Under the pieces are notes generated by a model. That model was not told the origin of the DNA and made no database searches. It saw nothing but the letters and a program-made list of their open reading frames with translations. The translations under genes and the position numbers were made by a program. Below, one piece after another: positions 20,788 through 31,386 of a stretch of 64,000 bases of DNA. Source of the stretch: Candidatus Bathyarchaeota archaeon (GTDB lineage: Archaea > Thermoproteota > Bathyarchaeia > Bathyarchaeales > Bathycorpusculaceae); assembly GCA_963775465.1 (NCBI GenBank), contig CAVZIW010000003.1, positions 256,001 to 320,000 of the forward strand, read 5' to 3'. Every line of letters starts with the position of its first letter. The first letter of the stretch is position 1.

Positions 20788-22429
20788 TTACTCTTCGCCC
20801 ATGCCGCCAGGCATTCCGCCTGGTGCGCCTTTTGGTGCTTTGGCTGTGATGACATCGTCGATGCGTAGTATTAGTGCTGCTGACTCGGCTGCTGATTTGA
20901 TTGCTTGCTCTTTGACCATGATTGGTTCAATGACGCCGGCTGCGATGCTGTCTTGGAGTTTGCCTGTGAATACGTTGATTCCCATGTTCTTCCCGGTTGC
21001 TTTGTCGTGTACTTGACGTAGCTCTACGAGAATATCGATTGGTTCTAAGCCTCCGTTCTCTGCGAGCGTTCTTGGAATGACTTCGACTGCGTCTGCGAAT
21101 GCTTCAACTGCTAGTTGTTCTCTTCCGCCGACAGTTGTTGCATATTTGCGGAGTTCTTTTGAGATTTCGATTTCGACTGCGCCGCCGCCTGCTACGATTT
21201 TGTTGTTTTCGATAACGTCTGAAATTACTGAGAGTGAATCAATCATGGCGCGTTCAGCTTCGTCAACCATGCGTTCTAAGCCCGCTCGGATGAGGATTGC
21301 GACGCTGTGGGGGTCTTTGCATTTTTCGACAAAGATCATTTTGTCGTCGCCGATTTTTCGTTCTTCTACGTGTCCTGCACTGCCAAGGTCTGATTTCTTT
21401 AGGTCGTCTAGGTCGCTGCTGATTATTGCGCCTGTGGCTCTTGCGAGTTTTTCCATGTCGGATTCTTTTACTCGTCTAGCAGCGATTATTCCTTCTTTAG
21501 CTAGGAAATGTTGAACCATGTCGTCGATGCCTTTTTGGCAGAAAATTACGTCTGCGCCTGATGCTTTAATTTTGGTAACCATGTCTTGCATCATGTCAGT
21601 TTCTTGATCTAAGAAATGCTTTCATTTGAGAGGGGTCTTTGATTCTGATTTCGGCTGAGATTTCAGTTTTTTCGATTTCTAAGGCTGAGTCTAGCAGTGC
21701 AATCTTTGCGTTTTCTTTCTTCTTTGGCATGTTGGGGTTTACGATTTCTTTGTCTATTATTATGCCTCTGATTAGTTGCGTTTCAAGGAGGCTTTTGCCT
21801 GTTTTCTTTATGAGTTGGATGTTGTCTATGTCAGCGAGAGCTTTGTCTCCTCTTTGTTCGGCGATTTGTTTGACTGCGTCAATGCTGATTTCTGCTAAGT
21901 GGTCGCGTGCGCTGCCGACTGCTTTGCTGCTCATGGAGGTTAATGCAACTTTTAGGAGTGTTTTGCGGTCATTGATGTCAAGTGGTACTGCAGTTTTGTT
22001 TATGACTTCGATAGCTTTGACTGATGCTTTGCGGAATCCGCTTACTAGGATTGTTGGGTGAATGTTTTGGTCTAGGAGTTCTTCAGCTTTTTTGAGTAGT
22101 TCGCTTGCTAAAACAACTGCGGATGTGGTTCCGTCGCCGACCATGTCGTCTTGGGTTTTTGCGATTTCAACCATCATTTTTGCTGCTGGGTGTTCAACGT
22201 CGATTTCTTTGAGTATGGCTGCGCCGTCGTTTGTGATTGTTATGTCGCCAAGAGAGTCGATGAGCATTTTGTCCATGCCTCTTGGACCTAGTGTGGTTTT
22301 TAGTACTTCTCCGATTACTCGGGCTGCCATTATGTTATTTCGTTGTGCTTCTTTCCCTCTGCTTCGGGTTGTTCCTTCTTTTAGGATGAGGACTGGCTGT
22401 CCTGAACCTGTTGTTGTTAAATACGCCAT
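20788..22429 (-). pseudogene. Thermosome (group II chaperonin) subunit split by a 1-nt insertion near 21615 (possible sequencing error)
   Basis: TLGPRGMDKM and GDGTTS in the 5' ORF, ILRIDD and GGMPGGM in the 3' ORF; removing one T restores ...KAFLDQETDMMQD. Confidence 0.9.
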
Positions 22430-22631
22430 ATGTTATCCCTACTTTACTAGAATCTTGTTTAATTCGGATTATTGCAAAAATCAAACGCAAATATAAACTT
22501 TAAGGCTTACTTAGACGTTTGTTGGGTTGATTTGTTTTGTTCATTTGCAGAGTGGGATTAATTTCGTTTTATGCCTTTGTGGGGGAAAAAACAGAAATAA
22601 TTAGATATGTACACTTCTCCTGTGAAGCGTT

Positions 22632-23159
22632 ATGATTGATGACTTTAATCTCTTAGCTACAACAATGCGCGGAAACGAACGGCCTATGTGTAACGAACTG
22701 CTATACTTGCTCAAAGAGGCACTTGGAGACGTTCAAGCGCAAACAGCAAAAACAAAAATTCGTGGCTTAATCGTTGGCAAAACATCTCTTGACCCCGTTG
22801 AAGTTGTAGGAAAATTCCGTAGCATTCTAATCGAGCGTCCATACGAGTTTCGTTATGCCCTAAGAATCGTTCCCGTACAAATGGTTGTGCAGACAGACTT
22901 GCAGGAGATTAAGAAATCAGCTCAGGAGATGGCATCAAAAATCGGGGAAAACCAAACTTTTCGGGTTACGGTTGAGAAACGCTTCACCGAGCTTCATTCG
23001 AAAGATATAATCGAGGCGGTAGCAGGGGATCTTAACCGTCGAGTTGACCTTAAAAATCCTGATTGGATTTTGCAGATTGAAATCTTAGGCAGGTTAACGG
23101 GTATTTCGCTGCTAAAACCAAGCGATGTTTTGGCGGTTGTAAAAGAAAAGATGCTTTGA
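22632..23159 (+). CDS. THUMP domain RNA-binding protein
   Basis: FRVTVEKR...VDLKNPD...IEIL. Confidence 0.85.
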   Translation: MIDDFNLLATTMRGNERPMCNELLYLLKEALGDVQAQTAKTKIRGLIVGKTSLDPVEVVGKFRSILIERPYEFRYALRIVPVQMVVQTDLQEIKKSAQEMASKIGENQTFRVTVEKRFTELHSKDIIEAVAGDLNRRVDLKNPDWILQIEILGRLTGISLLKPSDVLAVVKEKML

Positions 23160-23160
23160 T

Positions 23161-23724
23161 CTAAAGTTGGGTAGACAACAATGCTACTCGTTCAATAACT
23201 AAATCAACTATTGCCTCTTCTAAATCGCACTCTTTTAGTGTTTCTATTTCTGCCTTGGTTATTTTGAAAACTTTGAGAATTTTCTCTTTTTTGTCGTTTG
23301 TGATTGATAGAGTTGTCTGGTTAGGTTGACTGCCAACGCATATCGATAAATCTTGCAGTAGGAGTTCTATCTGTTTTGGTTTTTTCCCTATGATTGTTAT
23401 TGCCATATTCTTGGTTTCTGGTTTTATTCCTATGAGGTTTATTGATTTTTGTATTTGGCGTTGTGCTGAAGCATAAAGCATGGTTTCCATAGCTAGGCTT
23501 TTTGAAATGTTTGTTTTGTCTTTGAAAGCTCTTAGGGCGTTTAGGACAGCAAAGTACAAATGTTGTTCAGTTGCAACAAGGTCGGCTTCGAAGAATTGGA
23601 TGTCAACTTCTTTTAGGGTTTGTTTCCGATTTGCTTTGAGAAACTCTTCTACTTTTTCGAACGCTATGTTTCTGTATCCAGTTATTTCTACGTATCTGTT
23701 GAATTCTTCAAAGTGATGCTGCAT
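23161..23724 (-). CDS. cgi121: KEOPS complex subunit Cgi121
   Basis: HLYFAVLNAL...SLAMETMLYASAQRQI. Confidence 0.85.
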   Translation of the reverse strand: MQHHFEEFNRYVEITGYRNIAFEKVEEFLKANRKQTLKEVDIQFFEADLVATEQHLYFAVLNALRAFKDKTNISKSLAMETMLYASAQRQIQKSINLIGIKPETKNMAITIIGKKPKQIELLLQDLSICVGSQPNQTTLSITNDKKEKILKVFKITKAEIETLKECDLEEAIVDLVIERVALLSTQL

Positions 23725-23734
23725 GTTTAGAATC

Positions 23735-24319
23735 CTACTGAATGGTTTTTAGGAGTTTTTCAGCTAATTGTTTGGGTAAACCCGCTTTTACGAGTTTTGC
23801 GATTTCCTGGTTTGCAGCCCTTTTGCCTTCAAACTTTTGAGTTATTTTTCGTAGAGTTTCTTTAATTTCCCAAGGGAACACTACCCAGTTGTTTGTTTGT
23901 TTCTCGTAGAAATCGGGTTTTGTAATGCTTTGAGGCTTAAAGTATAAGGTAGCTGTTTTTGTTTCACTGGCGCCTTGTTCTTGGATGTGTGTTTGGGCTA
24001 GCTTTAGGCTTTTGCCTGTGTCAGCAATGTCGTCAACTATTAGGGTTTTTTTGTTTTTGATGGCAACGGTTAGGGGTTGTTTTAGGGTTGGCTCCACGGT
24101 TGGCTGAGCTATATCTAGATAGAATTCAATTTGCAGAGACGCTAATTGTGGGGTTTCAATAAGGTCAGATAGGATTCGAGCTGGGATTATTCCGCCTTTT
24201 GCGATGCCGATTATTATGTCGGGTTGGAATTGTTGATTTTGGATTTTTTGTGCTTGGGCTAGGAGCATATCGTTTATTTGATTCCATGTTGGAACTTCGT
24301 ATTCTGCGTTGGTTGCCAC
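23735..24319 (-). CDS. Purine phosphoribosyltransferase (type I PRTase)
   Basis: IAKGGIIPA, LIVDDIADTGKSL, WVVFPWE. Confidence 0.9.
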   Translation of the reverse strand: MATNAEYEVPTWNQINDMLLAQAQKIQNQQFQPDIIIGIAKGGIIPARILSDLIETPQLASLQIEFYLDIAQPTVEPTLKQPLTVAIKNKKTLIVDDIADTGKSLKLAQTHIQEQGASETKTATLYFKPQSITKPDFYEKQTNNWVVFPWEIKETLRKITQKFEGKRAANQEIAKLVKAGLPKQLAEKLLKTIQ

Positions 24320-24638
24320 TTTGTTGCCTCTTAGTTGAGGTTACGGTTTGGGGTTCTGTTAAGGTTTTCGATTTGCTTTGTCGAGGCGCATAATTTGTTT
24401 GGGTTAATTTTGTTATTTAGCAATTTGCTGTTTCTTTGTGAATGTGATTCTATTTTTATGGGGTTTTTGTTGGTGGTTGATTTGTGTTTGCTTGCTTGGT
24501 TGCATAATTTTATTAAGGGGTTTGGTTTATTGGTTTATTCGGGAGATAGGCGTCTGGAGATATGTTTCGTAATTCGTAATATAGTTTAAAAGGGTTGACG
24601 TCTCTTCCATAAATTGAAAATTGAAAGGAGAACTAAAA

Positions 24639-24974
24639 ATGGTGAAGAATGTGGATGAAGAGAAGATTAAGGGCGTGTTGACGGTTCCGAAGATGGCTGC
24701 GATAAAATCGATGCTTGAAAAAGACCATGCTATTGACTGTTTGCTTTTGCTCCATGTTGGTCGCGGAAAATGGAAGGATGCAAAAGATTTCATGCGTGAA
24801 AACAATTTAACTCTTAGCGATGGCACCTTTAGGGCAAGAATGATTGAGATTGAATCTTTGGGTTTAGCTAAAAGCGAGCGTATTGACCCTCTCAAGAAGT
24901 ATTATGTGAAGACTGAGTTGGGTGAAAAGGTGGCTATGCTTCTTCTCGGATTTTTTGATGAGTTAGGCGCTTAA
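24639..24974 (+). CDS. Winged-helix DNA-binding protein
   Basis: LSDGTFRARMIEIESLGL...YVKTELG HxlR/MarR-like pattern. Confidence 0.6.
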   Translation: MVKNVDEEKIKGVLTVPKMAAIKSMLEKDHAIDCLLLLHVGRGKWKDAKDFMRENNLTLSDGTFRARMIEIESLGLAKSERIDPLKKYYVKTELGEKVAMLLLGFFDELGA

Positions 24975-25118
24975 AACATATTTTTTGTTTCTATTTCTTT
25001 TCATTTTTTTGTTTGTTGTAGTTGTGTTCGACGACTCAATAATCTTGTTTAGTAAGACGTAATACTTAAAAGTCCGGTTTTGTCGATAAGTATAACAAAC
25101 ATACAAAAGGTAAAAAAA

Positions 25119-25561
25119 ATGAACACATACCTAAGAAAAATAAAGAAAAACTCAAAAGCACTCAGCCCCGTAGTCGCATCAATCATACTCATCGCCGTAA
25201 CAGTAGCAGTCAGCGTTGTCGTAGCAGCATGGATGGGAGGAATGTCCCTCGGACTCATGAACAACGCAGAACAAGTGACAGCAACAAATCCAGTATTTGT
25301 CAATACTGTCGACGCTGAAACTGTTACTTTAACGCTTAGAAATACTGGTGCATCCTCAGTAACGATATCTGCCGCAGGCACAATAGACGGAACAGCCGTT
25401 GTAGCATCAGTTACTTCAGGATCATTAACAATTGAAAAAGGAACTACACAGCAGTCGTTCTGACAAAGGCATCTCCTTTCGTTGCAGGCGCACAATATAA
25501 CATTGGCTTAACTACTACAAAGGGAAACACAATCGCATACACAGCAACATACAACCCATAA
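25119..25561 (+). CDS. Archaeal type IV pilin, frameshifted near 25447
   Basis: Class III signal KKNSKA/LSPVVASIILIAVTV; C-terminus ...GAQYNIGLTTTKGNTIAYTATYNP* continues in another frame. Confidence 0.8.
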
Positions 25562-25598
25562 ATATCAAACCTTTAGACACAATAAAAATTCGGGGGTA

Positions 25599-25635
25599 AG
25601 GTGAAGCAAGTCTTCACCCAACTTTCCTCTTTCTC
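25599..25635 (+). terminator. Hairpin plus pyrimidine tract after the pilin gene
   Basis: GGTGAAG-caagt-CTTCACC followed by ctttcctctttctct. Confidence 0.4.
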
Positions 25636-25668
25636 TGTTTAGAAAAAAAAATTAGGAGTAAAACAATC

Positions 25669-26094
25669 ATGGTAACACAAATAAAAGAATATACATCCGC
25701 CCAAGCAATAGCCGAATCCTTAGATAAGGAACTGTCGGAGACAAAAAGTGTCTTGGGTGAATACTTAAGAAAACTCGACGAGATCAGAACACTCGCTGAG
25801 AAATCACAAAAAATCCGCGAAGTCGTCTTAAAATTAGCAGGTAAAAAAGCCCCTACCGAGAGTCAAGGCGAAATTACGGTTGGTACATTGAACATTGTTT
25901 TGGATGCTAACCCGTTTCATGAGTTAACCGCTATTGAGTCTGTGGTTCGCAGTCACCAAGAAAGGTTGCTTGTTCTACAAAAAGTTCGCGAAGCTTTAAA
26001 GTGGCTAGATCAACTCGGCGACACAGAAGGCCTAAAGTACCTAGTCCTTGAAAATGAAGGTATCCCTGAACGTATCCTATTTAAAATATCTTAG
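25669..26094 (+). CDS. Hypothetical coiled-coil protein (helix / beta-hairpin / helix)
   Basis: 141 aa, GGAG SD upstream, heptad pattern. Confidence 0.75.
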   Translation: MVTQIKEYTSAQAIAESLDKELSETKSVLGEYLRKLDEIRTLAEKSQKIREVVLKLAGKKAPTESQGEITVGTLNIVLDANPFHELTAIESVVRSHQERLLVLQKVREALKWLDQLGDTEGLKYLVLENEGIPERILFKIS

Positions 26095-26106
26095 GTTGCT
26101 AAAAAA

Positions 26107-27012
26107 GTGACTTGCAGCCAACCTGAAGTGCTCCAAACTGTCGTCGACGAATATAGCAATCTAAGTCCCGAAACATCAAATGTCTTCATTTTTAGAAAAC
26201 ATGGGGAAATGATAGCGGCAAACCAAGCTACAACTGAAGATCAAACCAAACCTGCCATCGCCATCTTCGCCGATCTTGCCGCAAAAACCGACCTGATAGG
26301 TAGCTTGGAGAGTTTGACGATCAATGGCGTTTCTGAGCAACTTATTATATCGACAATTGATGATCTATATCTGGCTACGGTTTCCTCAAAAAAAGCCAAT
26401 CCCAAAACCCTCCGTTCGTTAAGCCAAGTTTTGATTCCAACAATTGTTAGACTCATTGAACAACAAAACTTCAACAAATGCCAAGAAGTACCGGAAACCC
26501 TCCAGACATTACCAGAAGAAGAGCCAGTTGAAGAGTCCATCGCATCTCAAGAAGAACTAACAGCGGATTCCACTTCTGAATCCGATGAATGTGAAGAAGT
26601 ATCACAAACCCTTCAAACTTTGGCAGACGAAGAGGCAATTGAAGATTCCGTAATATCTCAAGAAGAACCAAACATGGATTCAGACTCTGAGCCAGAAAGC
26701 TCCATGGAGCCAGTGCTTCCAAAACCACCTATTAACCAGCTTATGATAGAAAAAATCAAAGGCATGCTAGTCGCATCGGATACTGTACGGGTAGATAGCG
26801 AAGTGATTGAGAGCTGGACCGAACTCTACGGAGATAAAACCCTCTTGATAAACATCCAAACTCTGGATGGAAAAACAACGACCTGCAAGTTTAAACCAGT
26901 AAAAGAATCCAAGTCAAACGCCAAAGGAATAATTCAAATTCCAGAAAAAATCCTGCAAACACTTCAAGCCAGCAAAGGCCAGCTTGTTATGGTTAGCCCA
27001 GAAATAGCATAA
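26107..27012 (+). CDS. Roadblock/LC7-like domain + acidic linker + putative double-psi beta-barrel
   Basis: N-terminus VFIFRKHGEMIA; C-terminus TVRVDSEVIESW...IIQIPEKILQTLQASKGQLVMVSP. Confidence 0.6.
   Translation: MTCSQPEVLQTVVDEYSNLSPETSNVFIFRKHGEMIAANQATTEDQTKPAIAIFADLAAKTDLIGSLESLTINGVSEQLIISTIDDLYLATVSSKKANPKTLRSLSQVLIPTIVRLIEQQNFNKCQEVPETLQTLPEEEPVEESIASQEELTADSTSESDECEEVSQTLQTLADEEAIEDSVISQEEPNMDSDSEPESSMEPVLPKPPINQLMIEKIKGMLVASDTVRVDSEVIESWTELYGDKTLLINIQTLDGKTTTCKFKPVKESKSNAKGIIQIPEKILQTLQASKGQLVMVSPEIA
26479..26670 (+). repeat. Diverged intragenic duplication (111-bp period)
   Basis: CQEVPETLQTLPEEEPVEESIASQEE vs CEEVSQTLQTLADEEAIEDSVISQEE. Confidence 0.85.
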
Positions 27013-27027
27013 TAGGAGAAGAAAAAT

Positions 27028-27429
27028 TTGAAACAAAAAATGAACCGGACAGAAACCGAATCAGAACTTGAAGATGCTGCAGTCATATCTGTCGGGGATG
27101 AAGATTCTGATTTTAAGAATTTGACAGCAAGCTTGGTTGAAATAAGGAAATTGAAAGGCGTATTAGGAGCCATTCTAAGAAACAAGACGTCAGCTGTAGT
27201 AGATTTCGAAGAACAAGACAAAATAAATGCCTTTGCTCTGCTGTCAACCTGCATTCGCGAGTCCAGTGTCGAAATAGCCAAACCCTTTGATCTATCATTC
27301 GTTGAAAGTGTTTTGGTCGAGGGCAAAGATGCAAAGATATTTTGCATCAGATTAGGAGACAACAGGTTGGACGTGTTGATGGAGACAGAAATGTCTGAAG
27401 ATCTGATTACAGAGCGAATTCAACTTTAA
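27028..27429 (+). CDS. Roadblock/LC7-like protein
   Basis: EIRKLKGVLGAILRN...ESVLVEGKDAKIFCIRLGDNRLDVLM. Confidence 0.65.
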   Translation: MKQKMNRTETESELEDAAVISVGDEDSDFKNLTASLVEIRKLKGVLGAILRNKTSAVVDFEEQDKINAFALLSTCIRESSVEIAKPFDLSFVESVLVEGKDAKIFCIRLGDNRLDVLMETEMSEDLITERIQL

Positions 27430-27472
27430 TTTTCTTTAACAGTAGTCTTAGTGTCAGTCTTATTCTATCAAT

Positions 27473-29260
27473 TTAAAGCGATCCAGCCCAGAACGGAATC
27501 TTTTTTCTCATTAACGTAATGTATTCTCTAAGAACCTCCTGCTCCTCTGACGTCAAGTCATCCAAGTGAGCTGACAACAACAATTTTGCGTCGGCTTCAG
27601 GAACCTTAACAAACAGCACATCTCGTTCGAAAACGTGTCTTCCTGCGATTGGTTTATCCATCGAAACAGCAACTTGCATTCCGACTTTAGCCTCCCCAAT
27701 AGCTTTACCTTTGTCCTGAATCTGTTGTACCTCGCCCAAATCTGAACCATCTTCAATTCGCAATAGTGAAACTTTGGGTTTTATTCTGCCCCCGAGGATT
27801 TCCACGCCAAAAACTGCTGGTTTGGCACGACGGAAAATACAGTTAGGCAACACAGTGATTTTTCCGGGTTTAACCAACGCTTCAAATTCCTTCTCACTTT
27901 TGGCTTCACGCTTTTCCTTAACCCATTCCATGTAGTTGTCGATTAGGTTGTAGATTATGGGGTCACGGAAAATTTTAACGCCGTTGGCTTCAGCTTCGAT
28001 TTCAGCATCAGGCAAAATTTTGACCCCAAACGCCAATACCGCACCAACGAGTGGTTCATGAACTTTCACAACTGAAGCCTCAATGACATCGCGTTTGCTA
28101 ATGTCACCTATATCAGCGATTCGAACTTGCACGTTGTTTGCTTTAAGAATTTCAGCCATAGCTTCCAAAGAGCCTAATGTGTCCGCTTTGACGATCACGC
28201 CGTCGATTTGTTTGGCAATTCGAATTCTGCCAACTTCCTCGGTAATAAGTTTACAATACTTGGTTACGTCTTCACCTGGGGGAACTGCGAGAAATGGGGC
28301 GCCGGCTAAGGCGGTTTCTAATCCTGGAGCAACAACTTTGACCCCTGCAGACGCATAAACGCAGTCGACACTTGTGAATTTATCCCGTGGATCTCGCATC
28401 TCATCAAGTGGTTTTGGAACCAAAATGGTTCGGACACGCGCTGAGATTGGGCCATCTTTTCCGCCGACAACCACTAAATCATCTCTATGCAAGGTGCCGT
28501 CGTATATTATTGTGTTTAATGTTATTCCTAAGCCTGGTTCTTCTTTAACTTCCAATATTGCGCCCTTCGCCGAGCCTTCAGTTGTTTGTAAACGTTTTTT
28601 TAGGAACTGTTGGGTTAACCCTACTAAAACCATGACTAGTTCAGCTAATCCTTCGCCTGTTTTTGCGCTTGTAGGCACTAAGGCTATGTTGATTGTGAAG
28701 TCGCGGATGTGGTCGAAGCGGTCGGTTTTAAAACCCAGTCGACTGAAATCGCCCATGACTTGATAGAGGCGGTTGTCTAATGCTTCACGAACAAAACTTG
28801 ATTGTGCATTGTAAGATTGCATGAATTGGGTGGATTGTTGTTTTTTCCAGCCTGGTACGCGGTCGATTTTGTTAACTGCCACGATGAAGGGAGTTTTGCG
28901 GGCTTTTAGGATTTCGATGCATTCGAAGGTTTGTGCTTCAAAACCCTTCAGTGCATCGACTACGAGGATGGCAATGTCTGCTACGCTTCCGCCTCTGCGT
29001 CTGAGGTTTGTGAAGGCTTCATGTCCAGGTGTATCTACAATTAGTAAGCCGGGGATTTCGATGCCTGTCTTGAAGTTGCTCATGTATGGTCCGATTAGTT
29101 GTTTTAGGGTTTCTACAGGGAAGTAGCTGGCGCCGATGTGCTGTGTCATTCCTCCTGCTTCGCGTGCTTGAACGGTGGTTTTTCGAAGTTCATCAAGAAG
29201 CGAAGTTTTTCCTGAGTCAACGTGTCCTAAAACGCAGACGATCGGTTGGCGAATTGGCAT
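27473..29260 (-). CDS. infB: Translation initiation factor aIF5B (IF-2)
   Basis: GHVDSGKT, TQHIGA, DTPGHEAF, NKID. Confidence 0.98.
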   Translation of the reverse strand: MPIRQPIVCVLGHVDSGKTSLLDELRKTTVQAREAGGMTQHIGASYFPVETLKQLIGPYMSNFKTGIEIPGLLIVDTPGHEAFTNLRRRGGSVADIAILVVDALKGFEAQTFECIEILKARKTPFIVAVNKIDRVPGWKKQQSTQFMQSYNAQSSFVREALDNRLYQVMGDFSRLGFKTDRFDHIRDFTINIALVPTSAKTGEGLAELVMVLVGLTQQFLKKRLQTTEGSAKGAILEVKEEPGLGITLNTIIYDGTLHRDDLVVVGGKDGPISARVRTILVPKPLDEMRDPRDKFTSVDCVYASAGVKVVAPGLETALAGAPFLAVPPGEDVTKYCKLITEEVGRIRIAKQIDGVIVKADTLGSLEAMAEILKANNVQVRIADIGDISKRDVIEASVVKVHEPLVGAVLAFGVKILPDAEIEAEANGVKIFRDPIIYNLIDNYMEWVKEKREAKSEKEFEALVKPGKITVLPNCIFRRAKPAVFGVEILGGRIKPKVSLLRIEDGSDLGEVQQIQDKGKAIGEAKVGMQVAVSMDKPIAGRHVFERDVLFVKVPEADAKLLLSAHLDDLTSEEQEVLREYITLMRKKIPFWAGSL

Positions 29261-29366
29261 GTATTTGATCTCCTTTCATTAAAATTATGTATCTTACTGA
29301 TTAACTGTTTGTTTCATAAACTTGTTTAACTGGGTGAAAAGAGATAGTTTAGATCTCGTTTGCGAA

Positions 29367-29570
29367 CTATTGTGGTGGTTTTACGATGAGCAGAAACACA
29401 CCTAAAGCCAATAAGATTACGCTAAGGAAACCGAAGAACGCGCTAAAATCACCTAAATTGTCGGTGCTTGTTGCCGTTAAGTAAATCATAATTCCACCAA
29501 TTACTATGAGTAGAAACCCAAGGAATCTTTCAGCTAGTGAAACCCAGAATGTATCGCCTTCATCGCTCAT
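29367..29570 (-). CDS. Small two-TM membrane protein
   Basis: 67 aa with two hydrophobic helices. Confidence 0.7.
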   Translation of the reverse strand: MSDEGDTFWVSLAERFLGFLLIVIGGIMIYLTATSTDNLGDFSAFFGFLSVILLALGVFLLIVKPPQ

Positions 29571-29690
29571 GACTATTTTCTTCCTTTGCGTGTTTTGTTA
29601 TGTGTTTCTTTGATATAAACTAGAAGAGTTATTTTAAATTTTGCTGTGACAATGAAGTTGAAACTGTGGGGAAAATCTGTTTGCGCAGTA

Positions 29691-29864
29691 TTATGGAATT
29701 ACCGTTTTGTTGTCACGAAGTGCTAGCCAACGTTTAAACTCTAGCCCAGTGCATTTGCCTTTCCCTAGCCAGTTGTCACCATATTTCTTTTTCAGCTTTT
29801 CATTGTAAGTCTCAAAAGTTTCTGCTTCACTTACTTCTACGCTTTCTTTTTTCTTCACTCGCAA
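29691..29864 (-). CDS. Small hypothetical protein (~57 aa)
   Basis: MRVKKKESVEVSEAETFETYNEKLKKKYGDNWLGKGKCTGLEFKRWLALRDNKTVIP*; below the ORF-track cutoff. Confidence 0.45.
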   Translation of the reverse strand: MRVKKKESVEVSEAETFETYNEKLKKKYGDNWLGKGKCTGLEFKRWLALRDNKTVIP

Positions 29865-30000
29865 GGTACTTCAATTTGATCATATGTATGTTTTCCCTTA
29901 AAAGTTAAGTCTAATGTCAACTTTAGGAAGTGAATTTTGGCTTTCAAAACAATGTTTTTATTCAAAACAATCTATAGCTAAACTTCTAGGTGAAAAATAA

Positions 30001-30942
30001 ATGGGTAAAGGTTCAGGGTATGGAAAAGTTATCTTGTTCGGAGAGCATTTTGTAGTTCACGGCGTGCCAGGTATCGTTTCAGCTATTGATTCTTCGACTG
30101 ATGCAGAAGTCAAGAAAGCAGCCAAAGGATTAAACGTTAAAGACGAGCGGAAAACCGCAAAAGGCTATGGTGAAGAAAAACGTTTGCAGCAAATCGAATC
30201 GATAGAACGCATGTTGAAAGCTATGGATTTAGACCCTCAAACTCCGTTGGATATTTGGATTGGTGGTACATTACCCGGCTTTAGTGGTTTGGGTGCATCA
30301 GCTGCAAGCAGTGTCGCTATCGCACGGGCAATCAACGAAGAACTTAACCTTAACCTTTCAAACGAAAGGATCAATGCTATTGCATATGAAGGTGAAAAAG
30401 CCTATGCAGGTAACCCGTCAGGTATCGACAACACTGCCGCAACCTATGGCGGTTTGATGTGGTTTAAGAAAAATCCTGCAGGTGGCTCGGACCTTGTTGA
30501 GAAGATCCACGTACGTAAACCCGTTGAAATAGTGATAGGTAGCACGGGAAAGGTAGCTAACACGAAAGCTATGGTGGAAGGCGTCGCAGACCGTAAAAAG
30601 AAAGACCCCCAAAAATATGATCCCCTATTCAAACAGGCAGAAAGTTTAGCCATCGCAGGACGCAAAGCACTTGAAGCCGGCGATCTCAAAAAAGTGGGCG
30701 ACCTCATGAATGAGAACCACCGCATTCTCCAAGAAATCGGCGTCTCCAGCAAAGAACTTGACCTACTCGTAGATATGGCTCGTAGGCAGGGGGCGTTCGG
30801 AGCAAAATTGACGGGTGGCGGAGGCGGAGGCTGCATGCTCGCGTTGACTCCAGGCAAAGAAGCTCAGGGCAAAGTAGCGTCTGCATTCAAAACAGCAGGC
30901 TACGAGTTCTTAGCCACAAAAATAGGTGTAGTCACCTATTGA
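30001..30942 (+). CDS. mvk: Mevalonate kinase
   Basis: GKVILFGEHFVVHG, GLGASAA, PSGIDN, KLTGGGGGG (GHMP kinase). Confidence 0.93.
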   Translation: MGKGSGYGKVILFGEHFVVHGVPGIVSAIDSSTDAEVKKAAKGLNVKDERKTAKGYGEEKRLQQIESIERMLKAMDLDPQTPLDIWIGGTLPGFSGLGASAASSVAIARAINEELNLNLSNERINAIAYEGEKAYAGNPSGIDNTAATYGGLMWFKKNPAGGSDLVEKIHVRKPVEIVIGSTGKVANTKAMVEGVADRKKKDPQKYDPLFKQAESLAIAGRKALEAGDLKKVGDLMNENHRILQEIGVSSKELDLLVDMARRQGAFGAKLTGGGGGGCMLALTPGKEAQGKVASAFKTAGYEFLATKIGVVTY

Positions 30943-31386
30943 TAATTTCAGGTTTTTAACCCTGTTCTTTTTTTGATATTGCATCAAATGAATAATTTCA
31001 ATAAATATTACAATAGCCCCGATTCTCATACGCGGATTTAGCGCGTTTGAACTTTCACCCTTTGCTTTCCGTGAGGTTTGGACTCATGCTGTTTTGGGGA
31101 CGTTAGCAGAGGTCATAGGTATTGATAGTTGTCGCGTAGTTAAAGAAAGGTCTTCAAAAATGTCTTGTGCACTGCGGGAAGAAATGCATAAGGACCATTT
31201 TGTCATCTGGGTAATGCCGATAGAAAATCAATCATTTGCCCATATTTTCGAGCTACTGTAAAACCTCCTTTTTTCTTTACAGTTCTATAGCGATAAAAGG
31301 TCTTTTTGATCTCAACTAAAGACTAATATATAGTTTCATATTCAACTTATTCAATATTGTAACAGGTTTATTTTGAGGTAATATTC

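Noticed and set aside
24335-24589. Hydrophobic 84-aa ORF
   Set aside because: Low-complexity T/G-rich spacer; the apparent TM character is compositional
31020-31260. Possible gene remnant between mvk and ldh
   Set aside because: Frames I read are interrupted and resemble no family I recognise
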